Of a DNA stretch of 45,283 nucleotides, positions 17,090 through 26,526 are shown piece by piece. The DNA lies in NCBI GenBank assembly GCA_041686025.1, contig JAWLEP010000007.1, forward strand, positions 20,290-65,572, given 5' to 3'. Made by a program: the position numbers and the translations under genes. Position 1 is the first letter of the stretch. Every line of letters starts with the position of its first letter. The notes below the pieces were generated by a model. That model made no database searches, was not told the origin of the DNA, and was given only the letters and a program-made list of their open reading frames with translations. This DNA is from Candidatus Fermentibacteraceae bacterium (GTDB lineage: Bacteria; Fermentibacterota; Fermentibacteria; Fermentibacterales; JCC-6).

Positions 17090-18555
17090 GGCAGAACACC
17101 GCCCATGTAGGCCGTCCTGTCCATCAGATCGGAGGCGGCGGCCCGCAGCGCCTCGGCCACAGGACCCGGCCATACGCCCACCACGACTATCAGGGCCGCC
17201 AGCAGCAGCATGGGCACCACCGCGCTAACCGGCGCCCTGCCCCCTTCGGCGCCGGCGGGGGTCTTCCGGAAGTAGATGGCCTGCACCACCCCGAACAGGT
17301 AGGCGCCCTCGATCAGCGTGCCCACCAGCACCGCCCCCAGAAGGAGGGTGAGCATGGTGCCGCCCCGGGCCAGCACGGAACCGACTATCATCAGCTTGCT
17401 GGCGAAGCCGGCGAAGGGGGGAAGGCCAATCAGCGAGAGAGCTCCCACGGCGAAGACCAGGGAGGTAATCGGCATCCGCGAGGCCATTCCGTTCAGCGAG
17501 GAGATCCGGCGGGAGCCGCTTCTGTAGATCATGTATCCGGCGGCCAGGAACAGCAGGCCCTTGCCCAGAGTGTGGCTGAGGAGCTGGAAGAGGCCCCCGG
17601 CCACGGAGCCCGGGCTGAACACGGACAGGGCGAAGAGCACCAGGCCCACCTGCCCTATGCTGGAGTAGGCCAGCATCCGCTTCACGTCCCTCTGGGCGAA
17701 GGCGCACATCTCCCCCGCCAGCACGGTTGCCGCTCCCAGGAACATCAGGAAGGCCATCATGCTCTCCGCTCCGAAGACGGTCATCACCATCCTGGCCACC
17801 GCGTAGAGGCCCACCTCGATGGCGATGCCGGACAGGATGGCGCTGATGGGCGACGGAGCCGAGGAGTGGGCGTCCGGCAGCCAGGCGTTCAGGGGGAAGA
17901 TTGCGGCCTCCACCCCCAGGCCGCTGACTATCAGGGCCAGGGGCACGAACACGGACATCCCGCCGGATGAGCCGATCCTGGCTGCGAGGTCGGCCATGTT
18001 CAGCGTGCCGAACATGCCGTAGAGGATCCCGATGCCCAGCAGGAGCAGCCCGGAGCCCACCGCCCCCTGCACCAGGTACTTGCTGGCCGCCTCCAGCCCT
18101 CCCCGGTCTCCGAAGTAGCCCACCAGGGCGTAGGAGGATATGCAGAGTATCTCGAAGAACACGAAGAGGTTGAAGACGTCGCCGGTGAGGACGACTCCGT
18201 TGGCCCCCACCAGCAGCAGCAGGTAGAGGAGGTGGTAGCGGCGTATCGAGCCCCGGCGGATGTAGCCCAGCGCGTATATGGAGACCGCCAGCCCCGCCAG
18301 CGCTATGAGACCGGCGAACAGGACCCCAAGCGGCCCGGCGTAGAGGTTGATTCCGAAAGGCGGAGCGAACCCGCCGATACGCACCACGATGGCATCGCTG
18401 AGGGCTGCGGGAAGAATCAGCACCACGGCCACGAGGTTGAACAGGCAGGCCAGGATCGGCATCAGGCCGGTGGCCCTGCGGGAGGCCATGCCCACCAGGG
18501 GGATCAGAAAGGCCAGGCCCAGGGGGACGGCGATCAGGAGTACGGGGCTCACCAT
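17086..18555 (-). CDS. mbxH: MbxH/MrpD-like antiporter subunit
   Basis: DVFNLFVFFEI, WLPDAHSSAP, KRMLAYSS, GLPPFAGFASK. Confidence 0.88.
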   Translation of the reverse strand: MVSPVLLIAVPLGLAFLIPLVGMASRRATGLMPILACLFNLVAVVLILPAALSDAIVVRIGGFAPPFGINLYAGPLGVLFAGLIALAGLAVSIYALGYIRRGSIRRYHLLYLLLLVGANGVVLTGDVFNLFVFFEILCISSYALVGYFGDRGGLEAASKYLVQGAVGSGLLLLGIGILYGMFGTLNMADLAARIGSSGGMSVFVPLALIVSGLGVEAAIFPLNAWLPDAHSSAPSPISAILSGIAIEVGLYAVARMVMTVFGAESMMAFLMFLGAATVLAGEMCAFAQRDVKRMLAYSSIGQVGLVLFALSVFSPGSVAGGLFQLLSHTLGKGLLFLAAGYMIYRSGSRRISSLNGMASRMPITSLVFAVGALSLIGLPPFAGFASKLMIVGSVLARGGTMLTLLLGAVLVGTLIEGAYLFGVVQAIYFRKTPAGAEGGRAPVSAVVPMLLLAALIVVVGVWPGPVAEALRAAASDLMDRTAYMGGVLP

Positions 18556-18908
18556 CTCAGCTCCCTTATCTTCCGCATGTCCAGTGTGCCGTGATGCCCG
18601 TGGAGCCTCACCGCCATGGCCAGGGCCAGGGCCAGCACGGCCACGCCTATAACGATGGCTGTAAGGACCAGGGCCTGGGGAACCGGGTCCACCATTGCCG
18701 CCGGGTCCGACGCCGCCCGGCTGAAGATGGGCGCGGTCCCTCCCCGGGAGTAGCCCACCGCCACCAGGAAGAGGTTCACCCCGGTGTCCATGATGCTGAG
18801 GCCGATGATCATCTTGATCAGGTTGTGCCGGACCAGTATCACCAGCAGGCCCACCAGCACCAGGCCCAGCGCACCCATGTAGTAGACGTTGCTCTCCAGG
18901 AAGCTCAC
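18549..18908 (-). CDS. mbxG: MbxG/MrpC-like subunit
   Basis: NLIKMIIGL; DPVPQALVLTAIVIG. Confidence 0.9.
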   Translation of the reverse strand: MSFLESNVYYMGALGLVLVGLLVILVRHNLIKMIIGLSIMDTGVNLFLVAVGYSRGGTAPIFSRAASDPAAMVDPVPQALVLTAIVIGVAVLALALAMAVRLHGHHGTLDMRKIRELRW

Positions 18909-19594
18909 TGCGTGTCTTCCATCAGTCTGTCTATCACTCCCGTCAGCTCCACTCCCACCTTCAGGCCCACGGCCACGTAGATCAGGGGTATGATCCCGGC
19001 GCTGAACAGCTGGTGGGGCGTCCCCTTCGGCAGGAAGGCCGACAGGAACCAGTGGCCGGCTGCCGCCAGCCCCGCCAGTCCCAGGCCCACGAAGACCAGC
19101 CCGCCCAGGGACTCCACAGAACTGGCCCAGCCCCGTCCGATCCTCCGGCCCCGGCAGCCCAGGTAGACCAGCAGGAAGGCGGAGGCGATGACGGCCCCAC
19201 CCTGGAACCCCCCGCCGGGGGTCAGGTGTCCGTGCATGAAGATGTACGTCCCGAACAGCAGTATCAGGGGGAACAGGTACCTGCAGCCGGTGGTGAGAAC
19301 CATGCTGGCAGGCTCCCGGTCATCGCCGCCGCCGGGCCGCGAGGTGCGGTGCAGAAGGGCTCCCAGCCCCACGGCGGCCACGAACAGCACCGTGATCTCG
19401 CCCAGGGTGTCGAAGGCCCTGTAGCCCACCACAACAGAAGTGACCATGTTCACCGCCCCGGTGTCCTCCCGCCCGCTGCGGTTGTAGTGCGGTCCCACCC
19501 GGGAATCGGGGGCTCCGAAGGGGATGTCCGACAGGGCCAGCACCAGGCCCGTGGCGATCACCGCCAGCACCGCCAGAGCCACCAGGGCCCTCAT
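18905..19594 (-). CDS. MrpB-like subunit (MbxE/F)
   Basis: NMVTSVVVGYRAFDTLGE; GHLTPGGGFQGG. Confidence 0.9.
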   Translation of the reverse strand: MRALVALAVLAVIATGLVLALSDIPFGAPDSRVGPHYNRSGREDTGAVNMVTSVVVGYRAFDTLGEITVLFVAAVGLGALLHRTSRPGGGDDREPASMVLTTGCRYLFPLILLFGTYIFMHGHLTPGGGFQGGAVIASAFLLVYLGCRGRRIGRGWASSVESLGGLVFVGLGLAGLAAAGHWFLSAFLPKGTPHQLFSAGIIPLIYVAVGLKVGVELTGVIDRLMEDTQ

Positions 19595-19830
19595 TCCTCG
19601 TACCTCCCGGTCCGGCGGATGGCGATGATGAATACGGCCGTGAGCAGGGCCGCACCTATGGAGGCCTCCGCCATGGCCACGTCCGGCGCCTGCAGGAACA
19701 GGAACAGGATGGATGCGATCAGGCTCACCAGGCAGGACGCGATCACGGCGCTGAGGAGGTCGCGGAAGAACAGGGCCGCCAGCGCCGCGGCCAGCATGAG
19801 GGCCACCAGCAGGGAGACCAGCACGATCAC
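19591..19830 (-). CDS. mbxD: MbxD (DUF4040-like) subunit
   Basis: LQAPDVAMAEASIG; three TM helices. Confidence 0.88.
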   Translation of the reverse strand: MIVLVSLLVALMLAAALAALFFRDLLSAVIASCLVSLIASILFLFLQAPDVAMAEASIGAALLTAVFIIAIRRTGRYEE

Positions 19831-20162
19831 CCTTCCCCACCCCCGTACCCGTCGAAGGACTCGGTCCTGTCCACGACGCTGCCCTCACAGAGGTCGACTC
19901 CGCTCTTGCGCGAGGCCCTGCCCAGGGCGTGGTTGGATATTGGATTGGTCAGCAGGATGAAAACGGCGATGGCCAGGGTCTTGGGCAGCCAGGCGGGTTC
20001 CATGATCCCCACCCCCACCACCGTCAGGCAGGCGCCCAGCGTGGTGCACTTGGTGCCGGCCTGCAGCCTGTTGTAGACATCGGGCATGCGGAAGATCCCC
20101 AGGCTCCCGATCAGAAGGAAGACGACTCCCAGGCCGGTTACCACCATCCCCGCCGCCAGCAC
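19827..20162 (-). CDS. mbxC: MbxC/MrpG-like subunit
   Basis: RMPDVYNRLQAGTK; TNPISNH. Confidence 0.9.
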   Translation of the reverse strand: MLAAGMVVTGLGVVFLLIGSLGIFRMPDVYNRLQAGTKCTTLGACLTVVGVGIMEPAWLPKTLAIAVFILLTNPISNHALGRASRKSGVDLCEGSVVDRTESFDGYGGGEG

Positions 20163-20163
20163 C

Positions 20164-20424
20164 TCAGATACCCCTCTCCAGGAACCTGGCGATGGCCACA
20201 GCCCCTATGAAGGTAAGGACGGCGTAGACCAGGGCCACGTCCAGGTAGATGTAGCGCCCGAAGATGAAGCCCATCAGCACCAGGAGCGCGGTGGTGACCG
20301 TGCAGGCGGTATCCGCCGCCACCGCCCGGTCGGAGGCGGTGGGACCCAGCAGGAACCGAAGCAGGCAGAGGAGTATTCCCAGGCCGATTACGCCGGTGTA
20401 GACCAGCTCCAGGGTGGGGCTCAT
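20164..20424 (-). CDS. mbxB: MbxB/MrpF-like subunit
   Basis: GPTASDRAVAAD; YLDVALVYA. Confidence 0.9.
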   Translation of the reverse strand: MSPTLELVYTGVIGLGILLCLLRFLLGPTASDRAVAADTACTVTTALLVLMGFIFGRYIYLDVALVYAVLTFIGAVAIARFLERGI

Positions 20425-20939
20425 TCGAAAATCTCCCTGAGGTAGCGTTCGAAGCGGCCCCCGATCATCTCGGTGGCTTCCTCGGTCACTTCGCTTCTGA
20501 CGTCTATCCAGTGCACCAGCAGCCTGTCCCCTATCACGTCCAGGGTGAAGGTGCCGGGGGTCAGGGTGATGGAGTTTGCCAGTATCATTCGGGCCAGGTC
20601 GTGGGTCAGCCGGGTCCTGATCACCACGATGCCGGGCCTGATGGGCAGCCTCGGGTCCAGTATCCTCCTGGCCACGTCCAGGTTGGCCTTCACGATCTCC
20701 CACAGCAGCACCACCGCGAACACCACGGAGAACCACGTCCGGTGGAGAGACAGGGGCGGCATGCCCAGGCCGCTGTAGGTCCGGCTGAGAAAGGCCGCCA
20801 GTATCAGGGAGACTGCACCGCCGGTAAGCAGCTCCTGCCAGTCCAGGCTGGAGGTGAGGGCCAGCCATACCACCATCAGCGTCAGAAGGAGGTAGGTGAA
20901 GTTGCGCAGCCCGTGTCCCTCCGCCGCCTGCGTCCTCAC
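20421..20939 (-). CDS. mbxA: MbxA/MrpE-like subunit
   Basis: ANSITLTPGT; LLVHWI; GTG start overlapping the rex stop. Confidence 0.88.
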   Translation of the reverse strand: MRTQAAEGHGLRNFTYLLLTLMVVWLALTSSLDWQELLTGGAVSLILAAFLSRTYSGLGMPPLSLHRTWFSVVFAVVLLWEIVKANLDVARRILDPRLPIRPGIVVIRTRLTHDLARMILANSITLTPGTFTLDVIGDRLLVHWIDVRSEVTEEATEMIGGRFERYLREIFE

Positions 20940-21589
20940 ACACCCACCTCCTCGGCGGGTTCGTTTCCTCGCCTTGAGTGGTACAGCAGCCGGGCCATCT
21001 CCATGCTGAGGTCGATGCAGGTCACCTCGATGCCGTGGGGCATGAACAGGTCGCATGGGGAGAAGGAGAGTATGGAGCTCACTCCCGCCTTCTCCAGGGT
21101 ATGCGCTATCTTCGGCGCGGCGGAATCCGGCACCGCCAGTATCACCAGGTCCAGACCAAGCTCCCGCACACGGTCCACCATGTGGTCCATGTCCTCCACT
21201 GTGACCCCGCCCACCTTCGTGCCGATCTTGTCGGGGTCGCAGTCGAAGGCCGTGATTATCCGGAAGCCCTCCAGCTCGAAATCGGAGTGGGTGAGAAGCG
21301 CCCGCCCAATGTTGCCCACTCCCACCAGGGCCACGTCGGTGACGTCGTCGTACTTGAGGATGCGATGCAGGTGCTCCATCAGCTCTTTCACATCGTAGCC
21401 CACGCCACGGGTTCCGAAGCCGCCGAAGTAGGAGAGGTCCTTTCGGACCGCCGCCGCATTTACACGACAGATCTCCGCCAGCCTCTTCGAGGACACCGTG
21501 CAGGTCCCTTCGCGCAGCAGGCAGGTGAGACCGCGCATGTAGAGGAAGAGCCTGTCTATGGTCTCACTGGGTATGCGCTTGGGGCTCAT
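20936..21589 (-). CDS. rex: Redox-sensing transcriptional repressor Rex
   Basis: IPSETIDRL, VRKDLSYFGGFGTRGVGY, GVGNIGRAL; AAGGAG RBS before ATG21589. Confidence 0.93.
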   Translation of the reverse strand: MSPKRIPSETIDRLFLYMRGLTCLLREGTCTVSSKRLAEICRVNAAAVRKDLSYFGGFGTRGVGYDVKELMEHLHRILKYDDVTDVALVGVGNIGRALLTHSDFELEGFRIITAFDCDPDKIGTKVGGVTVEDMDHMVDRVRELGLDLVILAVPDSAAPKIAHTLEKAGVSSILSFSPCDLFMPHGIEVTCIDLSMEMARLLYHSRRGNEPAEEVGV

Positions 21590-21597
21590 CGCTCTCC

Positions 21598-21621
21598 TTG
21601 TGATTGTGTTCACATTCACTA
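21598..21621. promoter_or_regulatory. Two overlapping Rex operators
   Basis: TTGTGAT-TGTG-TTCACAT (21598-21615) and TTGTGTT-CACA-TTCACTA (21604-21621), compared with consensus TTGTGAA-N4-TTCACAA. Confidence 0.75.
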
Positions 21622-21629
21622 TCTATACC

Positions 21630-21659
21630 ATGATATCCCGTACCCCGGGGCCGCGTCAA
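21630..21659 (-). promoter_or_regulatory. Sigma70-type promoter of the rex-mbx operon
   Basis: Minus strand TTGACG-18 nt-TATCAT directly upstream of the Rex boxes. Confidence 0.6.
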
Positions 21660-21736
21660 CCTCGGTTTCAGGGTAGTCTTTTTGACGATCCCCGCCGGCT
21701 CCGATATGCTCCTGGAGGAACAAGGGAAAGGATCGA

Positions 21737-22504
21737 ATGAAAACCGTTTCCTGCGCACTTGTAGTTAGCCTGCTGCCGGTGGCGGCTGTGTCGGTCGCGG
21801 CGGCGGAGCAGCAGGTGATCGTGTTCACCTGCCACCAGACCTTCAACTCCCGGATCTACGTGATGGACACCGACGGCCAGGTGCTGGACTGGGAGCAGTA
21901 CGACAACTACCGCTTCAACGACCTGGAGGTGGTGGACGGGGAGGTCCACGTCTCCGAGGCCTTCGCCCCCAGGACCTACATCGTGGACCTGCAGACCTGG
22001 GAGCTGGACCTGGTTATAGACGACTGGTCCCTGTTCTACTTCTACGACCTGGCCTGGGACGGCCAGTACCTGTACGTCACCGAGTGGAACATGAACCGCT
22101 ACCTGCCCGACGGCACCAAGGACTCCTCCGCCGACTTCGACTTCGACGTCCTCGGCTCGTGCTGGGACGGCCAGAACCTCTGGACGCTGAACGAAGACGG
22201 CCTGATGCGCAGCTGGGACCTCGGGGACTGGCCCGACATCCAGCAGGCCTCCCCCACCGTGCTGTCGCCGCCGGGCGACTCCTGCCGCGGCCTGTGGTAC
22301 GACGGGGAGTGCTTCTGGAGCGCCGAGGCCCTGGACGGCCAGACGGGGATGATCTACCGGTTCGACGCCGGCGGCACCGTGGTGGAGGAGTGGGAGGCAC
22401 CGGCCTTCACCGGATGGGCCGCCTGCCTCTACGACGGCTACCCATCCCCGACCGCCCGGTCCACCTGGGGCGCCATAAAGGCCTCCGGGGAGACCGCGCG
22501 CTGA
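21737..22504 (+). CDS. Secreted beta-propeller-like protein (glutamine cyclotransferase/YncE-like repeats) with C-terminal STWGAIK motif
   Basis: Signal peptide; repeated DLAWDGQYLY / CWDGQNLW / LWYDGECFW blades. Confidence 0.7.
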   Translation: MKTVSCALVVSLLPVAAVSVAAAEQQVIVFTCHQTFNSRIYVMDTDGQVLDWEQYDNYRFNDLEVVDGEVHVSEAFAPRTYIVDLQTWELDLVIDDWSLFYFYDLAWDGQYLYVTEWNMNRYLPDGTKDSSADFDFDVLGSCWDGQNLWTLNEDGLMRSWDLGDWPDIQQASPTVLSPPGDSCRGLWYDGECFWSAEALDGQTGMIYRFDAGGTVVEEWEAPAFTGWAACLYDGYPSPTARSTWGAIKASGETAR

Positions 22505-22505
22505 C

Positions 22506-22949
22506 GTGGGCGGCATACTGGGCAACCGCATTCTTCTGACGGCCATCGTAGCAGACGCCACCGCCCAGGCGCTGAAGGCGGTGGTCTACCTGCTGATCGA
22601 GAGGAAGTGGTGCCCGGAGAGACTCTTCGGCTCCGGCGGGATGCCCTCCTCGCACTCGGCCCTGGTGAGCGCCCTGGCGGCGGGGGTGGGCATCCGGGAG
22701 GGCTTCGGCAGCACCCTCTTCGCGGTATCCGCCGTCTTCGCCCTTGTGGTCATGTACGACGCCACCGGCGTCCGCCGCTCCGCCGGCCGTCAGGCCCACG
22801 TCCTCAACGATCTGATACTGCGCCTGGGCCACGTACTGGAGGAGGGCTTCGAGCACCGGGCCCTGAAGACCTTCCTGGGCCACAGCTACCCCCAGGTACT
22901 GGCCGGGCTGCTGCTGGGCATCGCCGCCGCCTGGATATCCCTGGGCTAG
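22506..22949 (+). CDS. Divergent PAP2 family protein (DUF212)
   Basis: SGGMPSSHSA, VMYDATGVRRSAG, LGHSYPQV. Confidence 0.9.
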   Translation: MGGILGNRILLTAIVADATAQALKAVVYLLIERKWCPERLFGSGGMPSSHSALVSALAAGVGIREGFGSTLFAVSAVFALVVMYDATGVRRSAGRQAHVLNDLILRLGHVLEEGFEHRALKTFLGHSYPQVLAGLLLGIAAAWISLG

Positions 22950-22950
22950 C

Positions 22951-23853
22951 CTACCCGGGGGCCACCACCACCGACAGCGCCGACTTCCGGACCTCCACGG
23001 TTACCGGCGTCCGGCCCACCGGCTCCCCGTCCATCTGCACCTCCAGCGCCTTCCGGGGGCGGACCGTCACCCTTCGCGCCTGCCGGTGCTCGGTGTGCCA
23101 GGGGTCGAACCTCTTCCCCACCAGCGCGTACAGCAGGAGGCCCGCCAGGTCCAGGACCGTCCCCGTGCGCAGGGCCATCAGGTCCAGCACCCCGTCCGCG
23201 GGGTCCACCCGGGGGGCCAGGGCGTGGTCGGCGGGAAGAAATCCGGCGGTGTTGAGCACCTCGATGGAGTCGGTCTTCCAGCGCCAGCTTCCCCGGTCGG
23301 TCTCTATCCGGACCCTGCGGGGCCGGAAGCTCAGCACCGTGCGGAGGCCGGAGAGGAGATAGGCCAGGAAGCCCATCTCCCGCTTGCGCTCCCGGGAGGT
23401 CTTCCTCACCAGCTCGGCGTGGGCGCCCACCGAGGCACCCACCAGGAAGTGCCTGTCCATCTCGGCGACGTAACCGGCGTCCAGCCGGACCGCCGTCCCG
23501 GTCCATACCACCTCCAGCGCCTCCTCCAGGTCCAGGGGCAGCCCCAGGCTCAGGGCCAGCAGGTTGGAAGTACCCAGCGGCAGCACCGCCAGGGGCAGCC
23601 GGCTCCCCATGCGTATGAGGCAGTCGGCGATGGCTGCCGCGGTACCGTCGCCGCCGGCGGAGACCAGCAGGTCCACGTCCCCCCTCTCGGCCTCCTCCAC
23701 CCAACCCGGGATCTCCTCCGGCGCGGTCCAGTCCCGGATCTCGAAGCCGGCCCCCCTGCCCTCCAGGAACCGGCGGACATCCTCCCTGTCGTCGTCCTGG
23801 GTATCCGGGCCGGATACCGTGTTCCACACTACCAGGACCTGGCGGTAGGGCAT
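22951..23853 (-). CDS. Diacylglycerol/lipid kinase family protein (YegS/DagK-like)
   Basis: AGGDGT, LPLGTSNLLA, QMDGE. Confidence 0.9.
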   Translation of the reverse strand: MPYRQVLVVWNTVSGPDTQDDDREDVRRFLEGRGAGFEIRDWTAPEEIPGWVEEAERGDVDLLVSAGGDGTAAAIADCLIRMGSRLPLAVLPLGTSNLLALSLGLPLDLEEALEVVWTGTAVRLDAGYVAEMDRHFLVGASVGAHAELVRKTSRERKREMGFLAYLLSGLRTVLSFRPRRVRIETDRGSWRWKTDSIEVLNTAGFLPADHALAPRVDPADGVLDLMALRTGTVLDLAGLLLYALVGKRFDPWHTEHRQARRVTVRPRKALEVQMDGEPVGRTPVTVEVRKSALSVVVAPG

Positions 23854-24001
23854 GTCTCACCTTCCGGTTGTGCGGCGGAGGCCGTCCCGGAAACGCTACG
23901 GGGCAGGCCCCATACCGTCCACGGGGCTGGCCCGATTTCCCCGTCCCCGCCGAAGCGTGAGTATGTGATACTGGCGTTTCATCGCCGCGGAAAGGGGCTG
24001 C

Positions 24002-24322
24002 TTGGACGGAGCGGGCGTACAGCACCTGATAGCCCTGGGGCTGGTGATGTCCGCGGGCTTCATAGCCGGCTACATACTGCTCCGCACCGCCGGCAAGTAC
24101 TGGGGAGCCCTGGCCGGAACCTGGATGGGGGGCGCTCCGGCAGAGGTCCGCAACAACGTGGGACTGGGCCTGCTGCCCCAGGCGGGGGTCTCAATCGGGC
24201 TGGCCCTTACAGTTTCGGAGTCCGCAGGCTTCTCCCACCACGGACCGCTGATACTGAACACCATCATCGGCTCCACCGTAGTCTTCGAGCTCTCCGCCCC
24301 CATCGCCGCCAAGCTGGGGTGA
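24002..24322 (+). pseudogene. Remnant of a cation:proton antiporter (106 aa)
   Basis: RTAGKYWG...GLGLLPQAGVSIGLAL...STVVFELSAP matches the last TMs of CPA transporters; most of the gene is absent. Confidence 0.7.
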
Positions 24323-24380
24323 AGCGAGCGGGGCAGATAGGTGCGGCGGAGGAGCGCTCCAAAGAGGGCCCGGAAGCCGA

Positions 24381-24409
24381 TTGACACCCTGGTAGGACAT
24401 ATCAATACT
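24381..24409 (+). promoter_or_regulatory. Possible sigma70 promoter
   Basis: TTGACA-17 nt-AATACT. Confidence 0.45.
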
Positions 24410-24475
24410 GCAATTGCACCGGTTTGATCCGCGTCGACCCGGTCGGTCCGTGCGATCCGGAAGGAGGGGGACACC

Positions 24476-24657
24476 CTGACCTCCGTCATCTCCCTCCTGG
24501 CGCTGCTCTCCGCGACACAGCCCTTCTCGGGCTTCAGCCTGGCCCTGGACGCCGGGGGCCCCGGGCCTCACACAACCTGGAGTTGGAGCTGCACCTCCCT
24601 GCGCTGGAGCAGGCCTGGGTCAAGGCCGGCCTGAACGTAGCGCTGGACCTGCCGTGA
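24476..24657 (+). pseudogene. Probable internally deleted secreted or outer-membrane protein
   Basis: Strong RBS, then CTG-initiated signal peptide (TSVISLLALLSA); alternating beta-strand tail WVKAGLNVALDLP lies in another frame. Confidence 0.4.
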
Positions 24658-25207
24658 GGTGCGCGGCAGCGCTGTGCGCTATGGTGCTGGCCGCTCCGGC
24701 CTTCGCCGTCCTCTCGCTGCAGCTGGGGGCCCAGGGCCGAATCGTCATGCCCCACTCCAAACCCGTGCCCCGGGTGGACGCGGAGACCGAGCTGGACGGG
24801 ATCTTCTTCCCCGGCGACCCCACCACCCTGCTGGGCGGAGCCGTCAGGCTCAGCGGTGCGCCCCTGGTCTCCCTGGAGGCGTTCGGGAGCTACGCGGATT
24901 ACGACCCCGAGGTATCCTACTCCCCAGGGTACGAGGGCCCGCAGGCGGACTTCCGCTCCGGGGCCTGGGAGTGGTATCGGCTGGAGCGCACAGGAACCTG
25001 GGAGCTTTCGGGGTCTCCGCCGGGGCCGAGTTCCACATCTACCACGAACGGTGGATGGTCCAGATGGAGGAGTACACCGCTGCCGGAACCCCCGAGGCCA
25101 GTGCAGGCAGGGCCAGCGTCGCTGTGAGCAGTTTGTCTCTCATCGCCTACCTCGTTTTACAGCATTCTCTTTCCCTCCCCCGCCGTCAATGCAGGCCCGC
25201 CCATTGA
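24654..25207 (+). pseudogene. Frameshifted putative outer-membrane beta-barrel protein
   Basis: Signal peptide and beta-strand pattern up to DFRSG; the pattern continues in another frame after the G run at 24960-24963 (GLGVVSAGAHRNLGAFGVSAGAEFHIY). Confidence 0.45.
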
Positions 25208-25324
25208 CATGGTTCCGCCGCCGCGGATATCGTGCGGCAAAACATCCGCTGGGGTCATTCCATGGCGGCCGCCCCCGTTCTTCATGCAGCCGGGCGCCGC
25301 TCACATCCGGAGGGGAATCACGCA

Positions 25325-26503
25325 ATGCAGCAGGCGGAAGTCCATGCCGGCGACAGCCGCAGCACCGGCACCGGGGAGGAGGTCTCCCTGGCTCAGCAGG
25401 TGGCCAGCGTGGTGGCCAGCTCACGAACCAACTTCGAGGAGATGACCGAGGGCGTATCCAGGCTGGAGAGGGCATACGGCGATGCGGTCTACGCCGAGCT
25501 GCTCTTCGTGCTGGCGCACCTCCGCATCCCGGCGGCCGAGGCAAAGGAGCACTGGAGGCGGATCCTGGGCATAAGAAGGCACCTCCAGGATGCGGTGGGC
25601 CCACCCATCGACATCAGGGTGGCCCTGGTCCACTACTTCATCAGCGTGGACAGGAAGCTGGAGAGTCCCAAGGTGATAGAGCTGAAGCTGTTCCAGCAGA
25701 CCCAGGCCTCGGTCTACCGCGACGAGCTCACCGGCCTGTACAACTATCGCTACCTCAGCGAGCACCTGCCCCGGGAGATAGACCGAAACGACCGCCACCA
25801 GAGGTCCATGGCGCTGATCATGGTGGACATCGATGATTTCAAGCGCTACAACGACTGCTTCGGCCACCAGGCGGGGAACATGGCCCTTGTGGAGATAGCC
25901 GAGATCCTGGAGGATGCCACAAGAAGCACCGACTTGGTCGTCCGCTACGGGGGCGAGGAGTTCGTGGTGGTGCTGCCCTCATCGGGCAAGGAGGACGCAC
26001 GGGTAGCGGCCGAGCGGATCAGAAGCGGTGTGGCCGGCCACGGCTTCGCCAGGAGCGCCCTGACGGTGAGTCTGGGCATAGCCGCCTACCCCGGCGACGC
26101 CCACGATCCCGGGGAGCTGATCGGCAGCGCCGACAGCGCCATGTACATGGCCAAGAGCAGGGGCAAGAACCGCATCTGCATAAGCGGCGACGACCGCCGC
26201 GCCTTCCGCCGGGTCAGGACGCAGCTGGAGGGGCGGCTTTCGGAGTTTTCCGGGGAGTTCCCCTTCGTCACCAGGGACATCAGCGAGGGGGGTATGCTGT
26301 TCTCCATCGACCATGAGCTCGCCGAAGATGCCGTGGTGGAGGCCAGGGTGAGAACGCGCGACGACGAGGACGACCTCAGCTGCATAGGGCGGGTGGTCAG
26401 AACTCGCAGCAACCGTGATGGTAACTGCCGTGCTGCCATAGAGATCCTCAACATTTCTCAACAGGATCGATACAGGCTCTGCAGCTACCTCCGCGACCGC
26501 TAG
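25325..26503 (+). CDS. Diguanylate cyclase with C-terminal PilZ domain
   Basis: DELTGLYN, RYGGEEF, I-site RSTD; PilZ RRAFRR and DISEGG. Confidence 0.9.
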   Translation: MQQAEVHAGDSRSTGTGEEVSLAQQVASVVASSRTNFEEMTEGVSRLERAYGDAVYAELLFVLAHLRIPAAEAKEHWRRILGIRRHLQDAVGPPIDIRVALVHYFISVDRKLESPKVIELKLFQQTQASVYRDELTGLYNYRYLSEHLPREIDRNDRHQRSMALIMVDIDDFKRYNDCFGHQAGNMALVEIAEILEDATRSTDLVVRYGGEEFVVVLPSSGKEDARVAAERIRSGVAGHGFARSALTVSLGIAAYPGDAHDPGELIGSADSAMYMAKSRGKNRICISGDDRRAFRRVRTQLEGRLSEFSGEFPFVTRDISEGGMLFSIDHELAEDAVVEARVRTRDDEDDLSCIGRVVRTRSNRDGNCRAAIEILNISQQDRYRLCSYLRDR

Positions 26504-26526
26504 CGGCCACCGAGACTACGGTACGG

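Noticed and set aside
25234..25300. c-di-GMP-I riboswitch upstream of the cyclase
   Set aside because: GGCAAA and the 3' end resemble the motif, but the GNRA loop and GCAAAG core are missing; an Infernal search would settle it
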